Of a stretch of DNA of 45,787 nt, positions 25,539-37,230 are shown in pieces. Position numbers and translations under genes: made by a program. How positions within the stretch are numbered: position 1 is the first letter of the stretch; each line of letters opens with the position of its first letter. The stretch covers positions 7,890,617 through 7,936,403 of the forward strand of contig NC_068981.1 in NCBI RefSeq assembly GCF_001194135.2, written 5' to 3'. Source of the stretch: Octopus bimaculoides. Taxonomy: Eukaryota. The notes below the pieces were generated by a model. That model ran no database searches. It had not been told where the DNA came from and saw only the letters and a program-made list of their open reading frames with translations.

Positions 25539-25731
25539 GTTTCAAATTTTGGCACTAGGCCAACAAGATCGGAGGAGGGGTGAATCGATTACATCGACCC
25601 CAGTATTCAACTGGCATTTATTTCATCAACTCCGAAAGGATGAAAGACAAAGTCAGCCTCAGCGGAATTCGAATTCAGAACGCGAAGATGGACGAAATGC
25701 CGCTAAGCATTTTGTCCGGCGTGCTTAATAA
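25538..25731 (-). mobile_element. tRNA-derived SINE, family B
   Basis: Aligns with 29251-29464 (gaaaggatgaaag, gcggaatt.gaa.tcagaa, gctaagcatttt..cggcgtgct). Confidence 0.8.
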
Positions 25732-26066
25732 TCCTTTNNNNNNNNNNNNNNNNNNNNNNNNNNNNNNNNNNNNNNNNNNNNNNNNNNNNNNNNNNNNNNN
25801 NNNNNNNNNNNNNNNNNNNNNNNNNNNNNNNNNNNNNNNNNNNNNNNNNNNNNNNNNNNNNNNNNNNNNNNNNNNNNNNNNNNNNNNNNNNNNNNNNNNN
25901 NNNNNNNNNNNNNNNNNNNNNNNNNNNNNNNNNNNNNNNNNNNNNNNNNNNNNNNNNNNNNNNNNNNNNNNNNNNNNNNNNNNNNNNNNNNNNNNNNNNN
26001 NNNNNNNNNNNNNNNNNNNNNNNNNNNNNNNNNNNNNNNNNNNNNNNNNNNNNNNNNNNNNNNNNN

Positions 26067-26220
26067 GAAGAAGAAGAAGAAGAAGAAGAAGAAGAAGAAG
26101 AAGAAGAAGAAGAAGAAGAAGAAGAAGAAAAAGAAGAAGAAGAAGAAGAAGAAGAAGAAGAAGAAGCAGAAGAAGAAGAAGAAGAAGAAGAAGAAGAAGA
26201 AGAAGAAGAAGAAGAAGAAA
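26067..26220. repeat. (GAA)n microsatellite
   Basis: Read directly from the sequence. Confidence 0.95.
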
Positions 26221-26680
26221 CGACAAGAAAAACATGAAGAACATCAACACCAGCAAAGTGTAACAAGGCTCCGTTTAATAATCCTAAAAGAAGCCTTAAT
26301 GACAAATTCTAGAAGCTCCCAATTCCAAAAACTCTTACCATAACACCTGCTCCTTATTAACAAGACATCTGGCACCAAGAGAAAGAGAGAGAGATATAAT
26401 AACTGTGGTGCTTTACCCGGTGGCACCTACCCAAAGTTTGTCTCGAAGACTTTCTTTAATAAACCTGTCTAGTAAAGTTAAAGGCAAACATTTTATCTAT
26501 TTATCTTTCCATCTCAAAGTTTACTTAGCTACTTGCCGGTTTGTCTGTCTGTCTGTCTGTCTCTGTCTGTCTGGCTATCTACACTCTACACTTATCTTTC
26601 TATCTGTTCCTCTACCTTTCTATCTACGTATGTGATTATATATCTATCTAGCAGAGTATCTAGCCATTTCTTGCCCTTGC

Positions 26681-26731
<51 letters not shown>

Positions 26732-26894
26732 CATACAAACACACACACACACACACATATATATATAACCGGGGTCTCGTAAAGCGGGTCCGCGCAAAGT
26801 GAGGCGTTACTGTATATATATCTTTCCACCCAGCTGATTGTCCATATATTTACCCGTGTAATTGTTCATCTCTCTGACTCTATTTATGTAACCA

Positions 26895-26897
<3 letters not shown>

Positions 26898-26967
<70 letters not shown>

Positions 26968-26990
26968 CTGTCTGTCTGTCTGCCTGTCTG

Positions 26991-27040
<50 letters not shown>
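26898..27040. repeat. (CT)n/(CTAT)n compound microsatellite
   Basis: Read directly from the sequence. Confidence 0.9.
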
Positions 27041-27042
<2 letters not shown>

Positions 27043-27321
27043 ACTATTTAACTGTCAGTCTTGCTATCTATTACCCTGAATATATCTATCTATCTAACTA
27101 TTTGTTTGTCTGCCTGTCTATCTGTCAATTTATTTTTACATTCATGTATTTTTTTACCTGTCTGTCTACCTATTTATCTACATTTCTTACCTTCCATACA
27201 TAGATATCCATTCTATATATATGTACCAATCCATCTATTATTGCTGTATCTATCAATCTTTCTATCGATCTCTTTGCTTGACTGCCTATGCATCTATTTA
27301 TTTTACAATATTTCTTTACAT

Positions 27322-27452
27322 CTCCGCCAAGGTCGACTTTGCCTTTCATCCTTTCGGGGTCGATAAATTAAGTACCAGTTGCGTACTGGGGTCGATCTAA
27401 TCGACTCCCTATCTCCCCCAAAATTTCGGGCCTTGTGCCTAGAGTAGAAAAG
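27322..27452 (+). mobile_element. tRNA-derived SINE, family B (3' part)
   Basis: ccgccaaggtcgactttgcctttcatcctttcggggtcgataaattaagtaccag is the reverse-complement match to 29325-29380. Confidence 0.8.
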
Positions 27453-27821
27453 AAAAGAATACTTCTTTCCATCTGTACAGATATGACTTTCTCACTTCGT
27501 ATCTATTAATTTTTATATCTATCTTGATCTAGGGAAGGTGCTTATACGTAATCACTTGACATGCTGGAAATAATAGCTAGATGTTATTAAGCCCAAACCC
27601 AATCACATTAAAAATGCGACGTCCACCGTTGTAACGCCTTTCATCCTACGACCGATCACTGGGGGTGGAGGTGACCAAAGTGTAAACAGCAAGAACAACA
27701 ACAACAATACATGTCCCTAGACAGAAATTTATTATCGACGTTGTATATTTGGACCTGTTTATGAAACTACGTTAAATAATATAACGTATCACATCGATTT
27801 CTGAAACTCTGCCAAAAGTCC

Positions 27822-27862
<41 letters not shown>

Positions 27863-29250
27863 TACACGCACACACGTACCTACGTACGCACACACGTACG
27901 TACGTCACTCCATCTTCTAAAATATGAAAGAATCTGTTGCTTTTACTTCCAGTTCTCAATTCATTCCTTGTAATTCTATGAATATGACGTCCATCAACCA
28001 GATTTCTCACCTGGTTATATTTAAAAGAAAGTTTCGAGAACATCAACGTGCGCGCACACACACACGCACAAACATCTTCATAAGTAAATATATTAGAAAA
28101 ACAAATATACTTGGTAATTACACAAATTCTCCCATTAAAACGAGTGAATTTCCTCCTCATTATCTGAGAAACACGAGGAGGTGGAGCACTTAATGAATGA
28201 CAACCCATTGATTAGAGAATTTTATACGCTCGGTGCAGGTCTACATGTGAAAGTGTTTGGATATTGGCAAAGTCTGCTGGCACATGTGAAACAACAGACG
28301 ATATGAAGGATGAAGGAATTTTTAACAAACTTCAACGTTGCAGTTGGGAAAATAGTAAAAGTATGGCTTGTTGCTGCGTATGGGAAACGTTTTTGCTCAC
28401 ACTTAAAAAGCAGAAGATCAAAGAACCGTTTTGCTAAAAACGACTCGACAAATTATTGAAAATGAATCGCGGTTTGAGAGGTTTTGCTTGGGAAATGGAT
28501 TGATGTAAGTGACAGTAATTTTTTTAGCTGCGAAACACATACAAATATAATTGGACTTTATCAGATGAAAAACTAAACTAACTCGAAATTAAACTGAATA
28601 TATTAAACTGAATATATTGCCGTTAATAAATGATGTTGGACCCCATTAATGCACCTGGAGTTTAGGATAGGAGTGGCTATTAACAACGGTCATCAATATC
28701 AAAGTTAAGGTGAAACGAAAGACAATTTAAATCTCGATTCCAAAAGTTGATGTAGAAAAAAAAGAGAACCAAGGAAAGTGTAGAAAATAAGTTTTTTATG
28801 TGAATGTTGAAATAGATTCGTTGTTCTGTAGACATTAATGGATCGGAAGGAAATGAGAGTAGGAAATACATCAATTGTGGAATGGTATTTAAGACATACT
28901 TCATGAGGCAACAAAGTAACAGATTTGGAGAAAGAACTAAATGGAAAAGAGATTAAAATGAAACATGCGGCGTGATTCAGGAAAGCAAAATACAATCGTG
29001 CATCTCTCAGCGATTATGATGAAATATTATTTATTTTAAGAAACAAATAAATGAAACATAATAACGGCAATGTAAGACAACTCACATAAAGGACTGTAAT
29101 TAAATAACATAGATGACTGGAATAGAAATTAATTAAGTAGCTTATTAAGGGAACAGCAAAACCGAAGGGTTTCTGCTTGGAGATGCACTGGCGAAACTGT
29201 TGACTGACGTAAAACAAATAAATAGGAAACGAAACATGTTTACGTAATAT

Positions 29251-29464
29251 TGGTTTGAAATTTTGGCTCAAGTGCAGCGATTTCAGAGGAGAGATGAGTC
29301 GATTACATTGATCCCAGGACTCATCTGGTACTTATTTTATCGACCCTGAAAGGATGAAAGCCAAAGTCGATCTCGGCGGAATTTGAACTCAGAAAGTAAA
29401 GACGGACAAAACGCTGCTAAGCATTTTTCTCGGCGTGCTAAACGAATCTACCAGCTCACCGCCC
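29251..29464 (-). mobile_element. tRNA-derived SINE, family B
   Basis: Minus-strand head ggcggtgagctggtag..agcacgccgag..ctgagttcaaattccgccgag carries A- and B-box-like motifs; body shared with three other copies. Confidence 0.85.
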
Positions 29465-29465
29465 T

Positions 29466-30264
29466 TTATCTTTATGTAATGAGTGTTGAGAATTGTTTTG
29501 CGATGTTTTCACTGTGAAAGCGCACTTGAACAGTGGCAAGTTTATGCCACCAATTGATGTATTCTTTATGTGGCCAGGCCGAAGGCATTTTTCAATTTTT
29601 TTTCCAATGCTGCGTTTTCGAGTTTTTTTTGGGGGGGGTTTTTGTTTTTGTACTCAACATTTTGTAGATGATGCGTTTTTTTGTGTGTTCTAATATGTTC
29701 TGAGGGATGTGTAAGTGTAAATTTTCGCCTTCTTTCGTGAGAAATGTTTTTATTTCTTTGATCTGTTGTGCAGTGAAAGATACAATGGTTCTCTTTTGTT
29801 TAATTCCTTCGTCGAAATTTGTTTTGGTGGTGGGGGTGGTAGTGTTGGTGGCTGAGGTGTCATTTGTAGCAGTTGAGGTTGTAGTAGTGGTGTTGTTGCT
29901 GGCGGTTATGGTGGACAGCATAGCGACGATATCGTTGTTGTTGTTGGTGGTGGTGGTGGTGGCGACAGGGCTGTTAACGATCGTAGTTGCAGCGTTCACT
30001 TCCACGTCACTCAAGTTTGCCTTTGATTTCTTACTATTTTTCATGTCTGTAGTTGTATGGGTGCGCGTGAAGGAGTTATTCTGTTTTTTCTCCTAGCGTT
30101 TCAAGGCCAGGGAAACGCTGGTCCATGAACGAATTTGACCAGCGTTCTATGATGACATTCTTTGACCACACCTTATGTGCAAAAATGTAAACAAAATGTG
30201 GGCTATAAATGGTCAAAAGAAAAAAAAACAAATTACCTTCGGAGCCGATGCTACAATATGTCAG
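29466..30264 (-). mobile_element. Probable 5' UTR and decayed ORF1 start of an L1/Tx1-like LINE
   Basis: 150-aa ORF 29592..30044 (Thr/Asn-rich N-terminus, then KRTIVSFT) breaks in homopolymer runs. Past its stop codon the sequence reads KLATVQVRFHSENIAKQFST, which looks like an ORF1 RRM strand-helix. Structured ~220-nt leader; the 5' end abuts (TATC)n like the element at 8173-9202. The family call is from recollection only. Confidence 0.45.
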
Positions 30265-30269
30265 TAGAT

Positions 30270-30343
<74 letters not shown>

Positions 30344-30410
30344 CCAGACAGACAGACAGACAGATAGACAGACAGATAGACAGACAGACAGATAGATAGA
30401 CAGACAGATA
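30265..30410. repeat. (AGAT)/(AGAC)n microsatellite
   Basis: Read directly from the sequence. Confidence 0.95.
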
Positions 30411-31703
30411 TGTATATAGATTGTAGTGCACAGCCGGTGCACGCTATTGAACCTAAATATCTGTTCCCCATGTAGTTCGGTGGAGATATTATTACAGAGC
30501 ATATCAAATTACTTTTGTAACCAATGAAGCGAAGAATTGGCCACATCAATGAAAGTTTTCAGTCAATTCTTAATTTGTCTTAGCAAATCAATACAAACAG
30601 GTGAGCTTGATTAAACTTCACACACATATTGAAGACTAGTTTTGGAAATACACAGTCTGTTTGCCCAAAATAAATAGAAAACTTAATACAAATGAGGTTA
30701 AAACTGGCGATGCTAACATGATTTTCGTACACTAGCTGACAAAGTTAATATTAGAAATGATTTTAAAAATTGATTGAAATGAATAATTGTTTATTCCCAG
30801 TCATTCAAGCATGAAATCTGACCTGACGCGAGGCAAAACATCTCGAGCACGAAACAGCAAAGAGAAAAAAAAACGACAAAATAACAAAAAAATAAAAATG
30901 AAAACAAAAAGACAAACAAAGAAATAATTTTCAACGATTGATAATTCGAGAAAATAGATAAGATTTCAAATCATTTGAGGGATTTAAATAATGTGAAAAA
31001 TTTAGTTTGCCTTCTCGATAAATGTGTTAATAACAACTGACAAAGACTTATAATGTTTATAGAAATGAACAGATTTATAATCAATACAGATTGTATTAAA
31101 TAATTTTTTCGTTTGATTAAGTTATTTGTATTCATTCGACTTTTCTGAACTTCGTTACGGGCATATGTGTAATAACAATAATATTAATTATTATTTCTGT
31201 CAATTAACGTAAACCCAATTGTAATTAACACAGCGAGAGAGGGGAGAGGAAGGAGGGGAGAGGAAGGAGGGGAGAGCAATACTAGAGTTCAGAGAAAGAA
31301 TTTGGTTCAACGATAACAACAAAATAGAACATTGTAATGAAATTCGGAAAATTAACAGAAATACCTCTAAAATTCACCATTCTTGGCCTGTAAAATATGA
31401 GAGATACTTCTTCTGTCACACTCTGGTATATTCGTGTTCTCTGGCAAGAAGTGTAATCGGATATTTGGGGCAGAAAGCTCCTCCGCCCAATTTTCACTTC
31501 CTTATTCAATAAACGAAGTTACATTATTTTTCCTTTATTACAAATGTAACATTTCTTTCTGTGGTAAACAATCTACCATAACCAAGATCTCAAAACCAGC
31601 AATCCAGCAAGTCGCTTCAATCAGACCCTGGAAAACAAAGAATAGGCACATTATTTACATTATTTACATTTGACGGATATTTGTCCTCATCTTGTTTGTT
31701 GTT

Positions 31704-31749
31704 AACATAACGTTTCGGCTGATATACCCTCCAGCCTTCATCAGGTGCC
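31704..31749 (-). ncRNA. Minimal type I hammerhead ribozyme motif (weakened stem I)
   Basis: GGCAC-CTGATGA-A-GGCTG-gagggtatat-CAGCC-GAAA-CGTT-ATGTT. Core and stem II are intact; the stem I closing pair is mismatched. Confidence 0.7.
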
Positions 31750-31799
31750 TTGGGAAATTTCGAATCTGGGTTCTCATTCCTAAGGTATTTTTCAATGTT

Positions 31800-31800
31800 G

Positions 31801-31870
<70 letters not shown>
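31800..31870. repeat. (TTA)n microsatellite inside the SINE-like element
   Basis: Read directly from the sequence. Confidence 0.95.
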
Positions 31871-31940
31871 CATTCAGGTCACTGCCTGGAATTGAACACG
31901 GAATCTTGGGGTTAGTAACCCGCGCTCTTAATTTCCTCAA

Positions 31941-31986
31941 GACACCTGATGAAGGCTGGAGGATGTATCAGCCGAAACGTTGTGTT
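31941..31986 (+). ncRNA. Minimal type I hammerhead ribozyme motif
   Basis: GACAC(31941)-CTGATGA(31946-52)-A-GGCTG-loop-CAGCC(31969-73)-GAAA(31974-77)-CG-TT-GTGTT(31982-86). Stem I is GACAC/GTGTT, stem II is 5 bp, and palindromic AACGTT replaces stem III. Predicted cut after GUU (31981). Confidence 0.8.
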
Positions 31987-32262
31987 AACAACAAACAAGA
32001 TGAGGACAAATATTTCTCAGAATTTAAATAATGTAAATAATGTGCCTATTGTTTGTTTTCCAGGGTCTGATTGAAGCGACTTGNNNNNNNNNNNNNNNNN
32101 NNNNNNNNNNNNNNNNNNNNNNNNNNNNNNNNNNNNNNNNNNNNNNNNNNNNNNNNNNNNNNNNNNNNNNNNNNNNNNNNNNNNNNNNNNNNNNNNNNNN
32201 NNNNNNNNNNNNNNNNNNNNNNNNNNNNNNNNNNNNNNNNNNNNNNNNNNNNNNNNNNNNNN

Positions 32263-32335
<73 letters not shown>

Positions 32336-32914
32336 CGTGCGTGTGCGTATGTGTGTGCGTATTTTGATGTACACACACACACATATGCATTTATTCACAA
32401 TTTACACTTCTATATACATCTATACCGGTTTATTGCTTTTCATCACCCTCTTTCTTCACTCTTACTCTCTCTCTCTCTTTCCCTCCTTCTCACTTTTCAG
32501 CCTCTTATTCTTTCCCTCTCCCTCTCTCTCTCTCCATTACCTTCATATTCTTATTTTTTTCCTTTCTTCTTTTCTCTTCCCTCAACGGATCCCCAGTAAA
32601 GGGATGCAGCCATGCATAAAAATGTGTTGCTTTTTATACGTTTGAATTCACAACCTTGTCTGGTGTCAGCTGGAAATGAGAGCCAGAAGTACGGGTGTTT
32701 TGTGGCTCTGTTATGGCAGCTGTGAGCTGGTTCTGTTGACCCTTCATTCACATGAAGAATCCTTTAAACAATAGTGTCAGAATAATTCATTTCCAGCAGG
32801 CAACAAGCAAAATTGCACAGGGTGGAAGTCGGGGTGGATGAATGGGGAAGGCCATATTTTTTTTACAACTGCCTTTTCATTTTCTATCATATGACGAATA
32901 TCACTACTGCGGCT

Positions 32915-32933
32915 GCTGTTGCTGCTGCTGCTG

Positions 32934-32992
<59 letters not shown>
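32915..32992. repeat. (GCT)/(ACT)n microsatellite
   Basis: Read directly from the sequence. Confidence 0.95.
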
Positions 32993-32993
<1 letters not shown>

Positions 32994-33011
32994 TATATAT
33001 ACTTATATAAA

Positions 33012-33335
33012 GAGTTAAGACCCACTTCGGTCATGAATGATCATGGAATTGCACCTGGAAAGTTACCCCCGAGGCACATGTCTGGGCAGGGTTGTTTATG
33101 GAAGACCAGCAGTCGCCCATGCATACCGGCCTCCCCTCTCCACATCACTGATGTTATCCAAGGGAAAGGCAAAGGGGCCGATACAGCTTGGCACCAGTGA
33201 CGTCGCAACTCATTTCTATAGCTGAATGAACTGGAACTACGTGAAATAAAGTATCTTGCTCAAGAACACAACATACAGCCCGGTCCTGAAATTGAACTCA
33301 CTACCACATGATTGTGAGCTTGACGTTCAATGCGC
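33012..33335 (-). mobile_element. tRNA-derived SINE, family C
   Basis: Minus strand gctcacaatcatgtggtagtgagttcaatttcaggaccgggctg (B-box-like), tgttcttgagcaagatactttatttcacg central domain, and a distinct tail. Confidence 0.8.
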
Positions 33336-33387
33336 AACACAAATGTATATAGTTGTATGCGGGTATGGGTGTATGTATGTATACGTT

Positions 33388-33441
<54 letters not shown>

Positions 33442-33504
33442 GAGAGCAGTGCATGCCATCAAAGTGATGCTGGAGTAAAATATACCAGCAATGCCGCTTA
33501 TATA

Positions 33505-34390
33505 CAGTACCGTGCAGAAGTCTTCGAACACTTTAAACTATTGTAAACTCCTACTGATTGCCAACTTATAAGTGGACGTTTCGCATGCGTTTTTGCAGAT
33601 GAAACATTGGCCCTGCTAGAGTCAATTCCATACCAAATCTTATATTTTGTAGTAGGGATCCTGAATGAAAGGGGAAGATGTGATATGACCACCAAAAATA
33701 GCCGTGCATAAGTTTTCGGCCACCTCACATAAACCAATCAAGACACAGTATAATGAAAATTGATTACATAATGTTCATTTCAAGAAGTTACTGTACATTG
33801 TTAATATTTCGTGTGGCTTCTCTTAGCTTGAATAATTGCTTCAATGCACCTGGGAAGAGATGCGTACATATCTTTCACCATCTTCACAGGTATGAGATGC
33901 CATTCTCTCTGGCTGAGCTCCCACAACTCTTCAAGGTTGCGTGGATTCTTTTGACGAACCCTTCTCTTCAGTTCTGTCTACATTTGCTCGATTATATTTA
34001 AGTCAGGGCTCTGAGCTGGCCAGTCTTTCAATACAGTAACACCTTCATCAGCCAGATTCGGTTGTGTTGCACGCGATCTGTGGCGTGGAGCTCCGTCATG
34101 CTAAAAAATCTCACCTTCTTCCAAGTCTGGTATCAAATTGTCCTTCAGCAACTGGATGTATTCAACTCTATTCAAGTGACCGTCAATTTTAATCAACTTT
34201 CTTGAACCATCATTTTTATTTATTCCCAAAGCATCAGACTCTTGCCCAACAACCTCGCTGTTTTCGTCGTGTAACGTGGGTCGTTTCGCTTTCTAATAAG
34301 CGAGAAATTGTCAGAAGGCCTCCAGGAAAGCGAAACGACCCACGTTACACGACGAAAACAACACTGAAGTTTGGAGTAAGAGACTGATGC
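33505..34390 (-). mobile_element. Tc1-family DNA transposon remnant (transposase C-terminal half plus one TIR)
   Basis: Minus strand 34293-33801 reads KRNDPRYTTKT..KSLMLW..DGSRKLIKIDGHLNRVEYIQLLKDNL..F*HDGAPRHRSRAT..VLKDWPAQSPDLNIIEQM*TELKRRV..IQAKRSHTKY*, with internal stops. TA-CAGTACCGTGCAGAAGT at 33503-33521 looks like a Tc1 terminus. Confidence 0.9.
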
Positions 34391-35026
34391 CACATGTCCT
34401 ACAATTTAATGTTATCATTCATGGCCCGTATACGTATTGTCCATAAGGAGAATGTTTTTTCCAAGAGAGCTTTCCACGTTTAAAGGTACACGATCATGTT
34501 ATATATAATAATACACTGCTTTATTTTGATGGACTCTGCTTAATGTGTTTTTAAATAACATATCGGACATGCATCACTAATATGCTGGTACACGCATTTA
34601 TTTCTGCCAATTTGCGAATCAGACGCTCAATTGAACAACACAACTTTATCCCATGAAGCCTTTTAGTGAAGTCAGTTCTGCTGCAGGACTCCAACCATAT
34701 CTCCAGTTTCTGGTATGAGAGCGACATAGCTTGATGCGTAGCATCCTGTTGCAATAAATCAGAAATCGTGTCAGCTATTTCCTCACTTCCACCCCGTCAA
34801 TGAACGAGGATGTACAACAAGGTCATGGCGGTTATACTTCTTCCTCTGTTTATTAAGTCAAAACAACGAAAGGAAACTCTTTTCCCAAGACTCACACAGT
34901 CATGTCTCGGATAATAAAACGTGACATCATTTCGTGTTTATTCTTGAAACACTGCAGCAGAGAAGCCAACCATACGTATATACATGTACTTACAAATATA
35001 TGTATATATACATATATATACATACA

Positions 35027-35077
<51 letters not shown>

Positions 35078-37073
35078 TCACACATACAGAGGGTGAAGAG
35101 GAAGAGAGGGGGTGCGGCTTTTATTTCACTCATATTTCTTGACTCATCCGTCATACTCACCGTACCATCCACCACCAGCCGTCTTCAGTCTCTACCAAAA
35201 GCTTCCAAACAAATCTTCTCCTATATTTTTAGAAAGCAGTTTACATTAATGTAAAGATGTTGAAGCCTCCAATGTTTATTTTACAGCGGACAAGAAGACA
35301 ATCAGTTATACAAAGATAATTGACTATTACCATTTACTGCCGCCTAACATCACCACTCAACAATACATTCCTATTTACACTCGATACAGATAACAGGTAT
35401 TTTTTTTTTAAATGTTTTCATGTGTGTGTGTATGGATATATGTTTGCGTATACACTTATTTATACATACACACACACTCACATATATATGTATATATAAA
35501 CATACATCTGTGGATGGATGGATATTTGTTTTTATATACATACATATATATATATATAGATGCATACATATGCATACGCATGCCATTGATATATACGCAC
35601 GTATGCCTATGAGTGTGATTGCGTGTGTGTTTGTTATTGACATTGCTAATATACAGCTACGGACAGATGTGTGTGTGTGCGCGCGCGCGCTTGAGTGCAA
35701 TCAAACTCAATGTTTATACATATATCTATTTATGTATATTCGTTAATTAAACGCCTTGACATCTACATGTTTGGTTGTAGATATTTATAAATATAGCTGT
35801 TGGCGTGAGTATTTAGATGTACCCACTCGCACAAACACACACATATATCTACATATACATATATGCACATATATATGTAGATATACATATGTGTGTGTGT
35901 GTGTGTCTTAGTTGTAATAAATAACTAAAGAAAGTAGAATATTCATTTAATTTGTTCGGTTGAACCCGACGCAGGAATCAACTGTTATTATGTCCTCGTT
36001 TTTAAAGTTGCCTCTGTCTTTAGTTTATTAAAGAGAAATAAATCTCGAAATCCGAACGAGTTAATATGGTGGAAATCCGCACAGCTCGCCTTTTCAGTTT
36101 TCCCTTATCATAAGCATTGGGACTAGAAGCTTCGTTACATATTATCAAGGGGATGTCCTTTTGAAGTGATCATATCTGCAATGGAGGTAACCTGGGAATA
36201 GATATTGAAATATAATTTGACACCCTATTGATATGATATTGATTACAGAATCCATTCGAAGAAGTTATTGGGCGGCGTGTAGTTATCGTATTAGCTTCAC
36301 TTCGATTTATTCTAGATAATTTACTGTCGGTTTGTAAACTAGGATCCATGCATGCAGTTTCAATTAGGTAGGAAACTGCCTAGATTTATCACAAAATGCA
36401 AGTTTACACGCTGCTCTTGCCACAAACAGCCTCCTGTGTTTATATACTGTTCGTTGTTTACTCATTGTATAGAAAAGGTATCTTCTTGCTAGGTAGATGT
36501 ATGAAATAAAAAATATATCAGGAAAGAAAAAATGTTTTTCAAAAAATCAAAATGTTTTTTTGTTTTCAAAGCTGCGTAAAAAATGTTTTACGTTTTCCTA
36601 TTAAATTCATGAACATAGCGGAATGGATTTGCTTTACAATGTGCTAAAATACTTTCGCTGATTTGAGTGTTTAGAATAATTAGTACTGTCATTTCTCCAC
36701 ATCTCATATATAAAATAACGTTTTTTATAAGAATTTCGTGAAAGCAAGTTATTTCTAAGTAACATAAGGGCCAGATATATATACATATAAAGCATGAAAG
36801 AACGCGCTAGCATCTCAGTGAGATATCCGATTTAGAATGCCAGTTGTTCTCCCAACAAAATATACTTCCAAAGCTAGCTAGTTTAGAGCAGATGTTTCAT
36901 ACTGGAATAGCAAGAGGAGAAGATACAGCGGCCTTACCGGTAACTCATTCAAGGTGCGATATAAAGAACAAGTACATTCGTTCAGACACAAGTGTAAGCG
37001 AAATCACACTCCACTCTCAAAATACATCAAGCAACTAAAGATCGAGAAAATGGAGAACTTTGAAAAGTAGCAT

Positions 37074-37138
<65 letters not shown>

Positions 37139-37161
37139 TAGATATACACACACATACACAC

Positions 37162-37230
<69 letters not shown>

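Larger units (their letters stand above)
31648..31930 (-). mobile_element. SINE-like element: truncated tRNA-like head, (AAT)n linker, hammerhead-containing tail
   Basis: Minus strand reads ttaagagcgcgggttactaaccccaagattccgtGTTCAATTCcaggcagtgacc (B box at 31889-31897), then (AAT)n, aaaaataccttaggaatgagaaccc, the hammerhead motif and an aaataatgt tail. Confidence 0.7.

Noticed and set aside
26836-26846. TGATTGTCCA, recalling the 5' end of miR-219
   Set aside because: Only 10 nt match, and there is no precursor hairpin.
29700-29810. Homeodomain-like KQKRTIVSFTAQQIKEIKTF in ORF 29592..30044
   Set aside because: Only the N-terminal arm and helix 1 look similar. There is no helix 3 WFxNRR in any nearby frame, and the context fits a LINE ORF1 better.
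35150-35225. Minus-strand donor G/GTGAGT with a possible ~60-nt exon
   Set aside because: Poor polypyrimidine tract, unrecognisable peptide and no partner exons.
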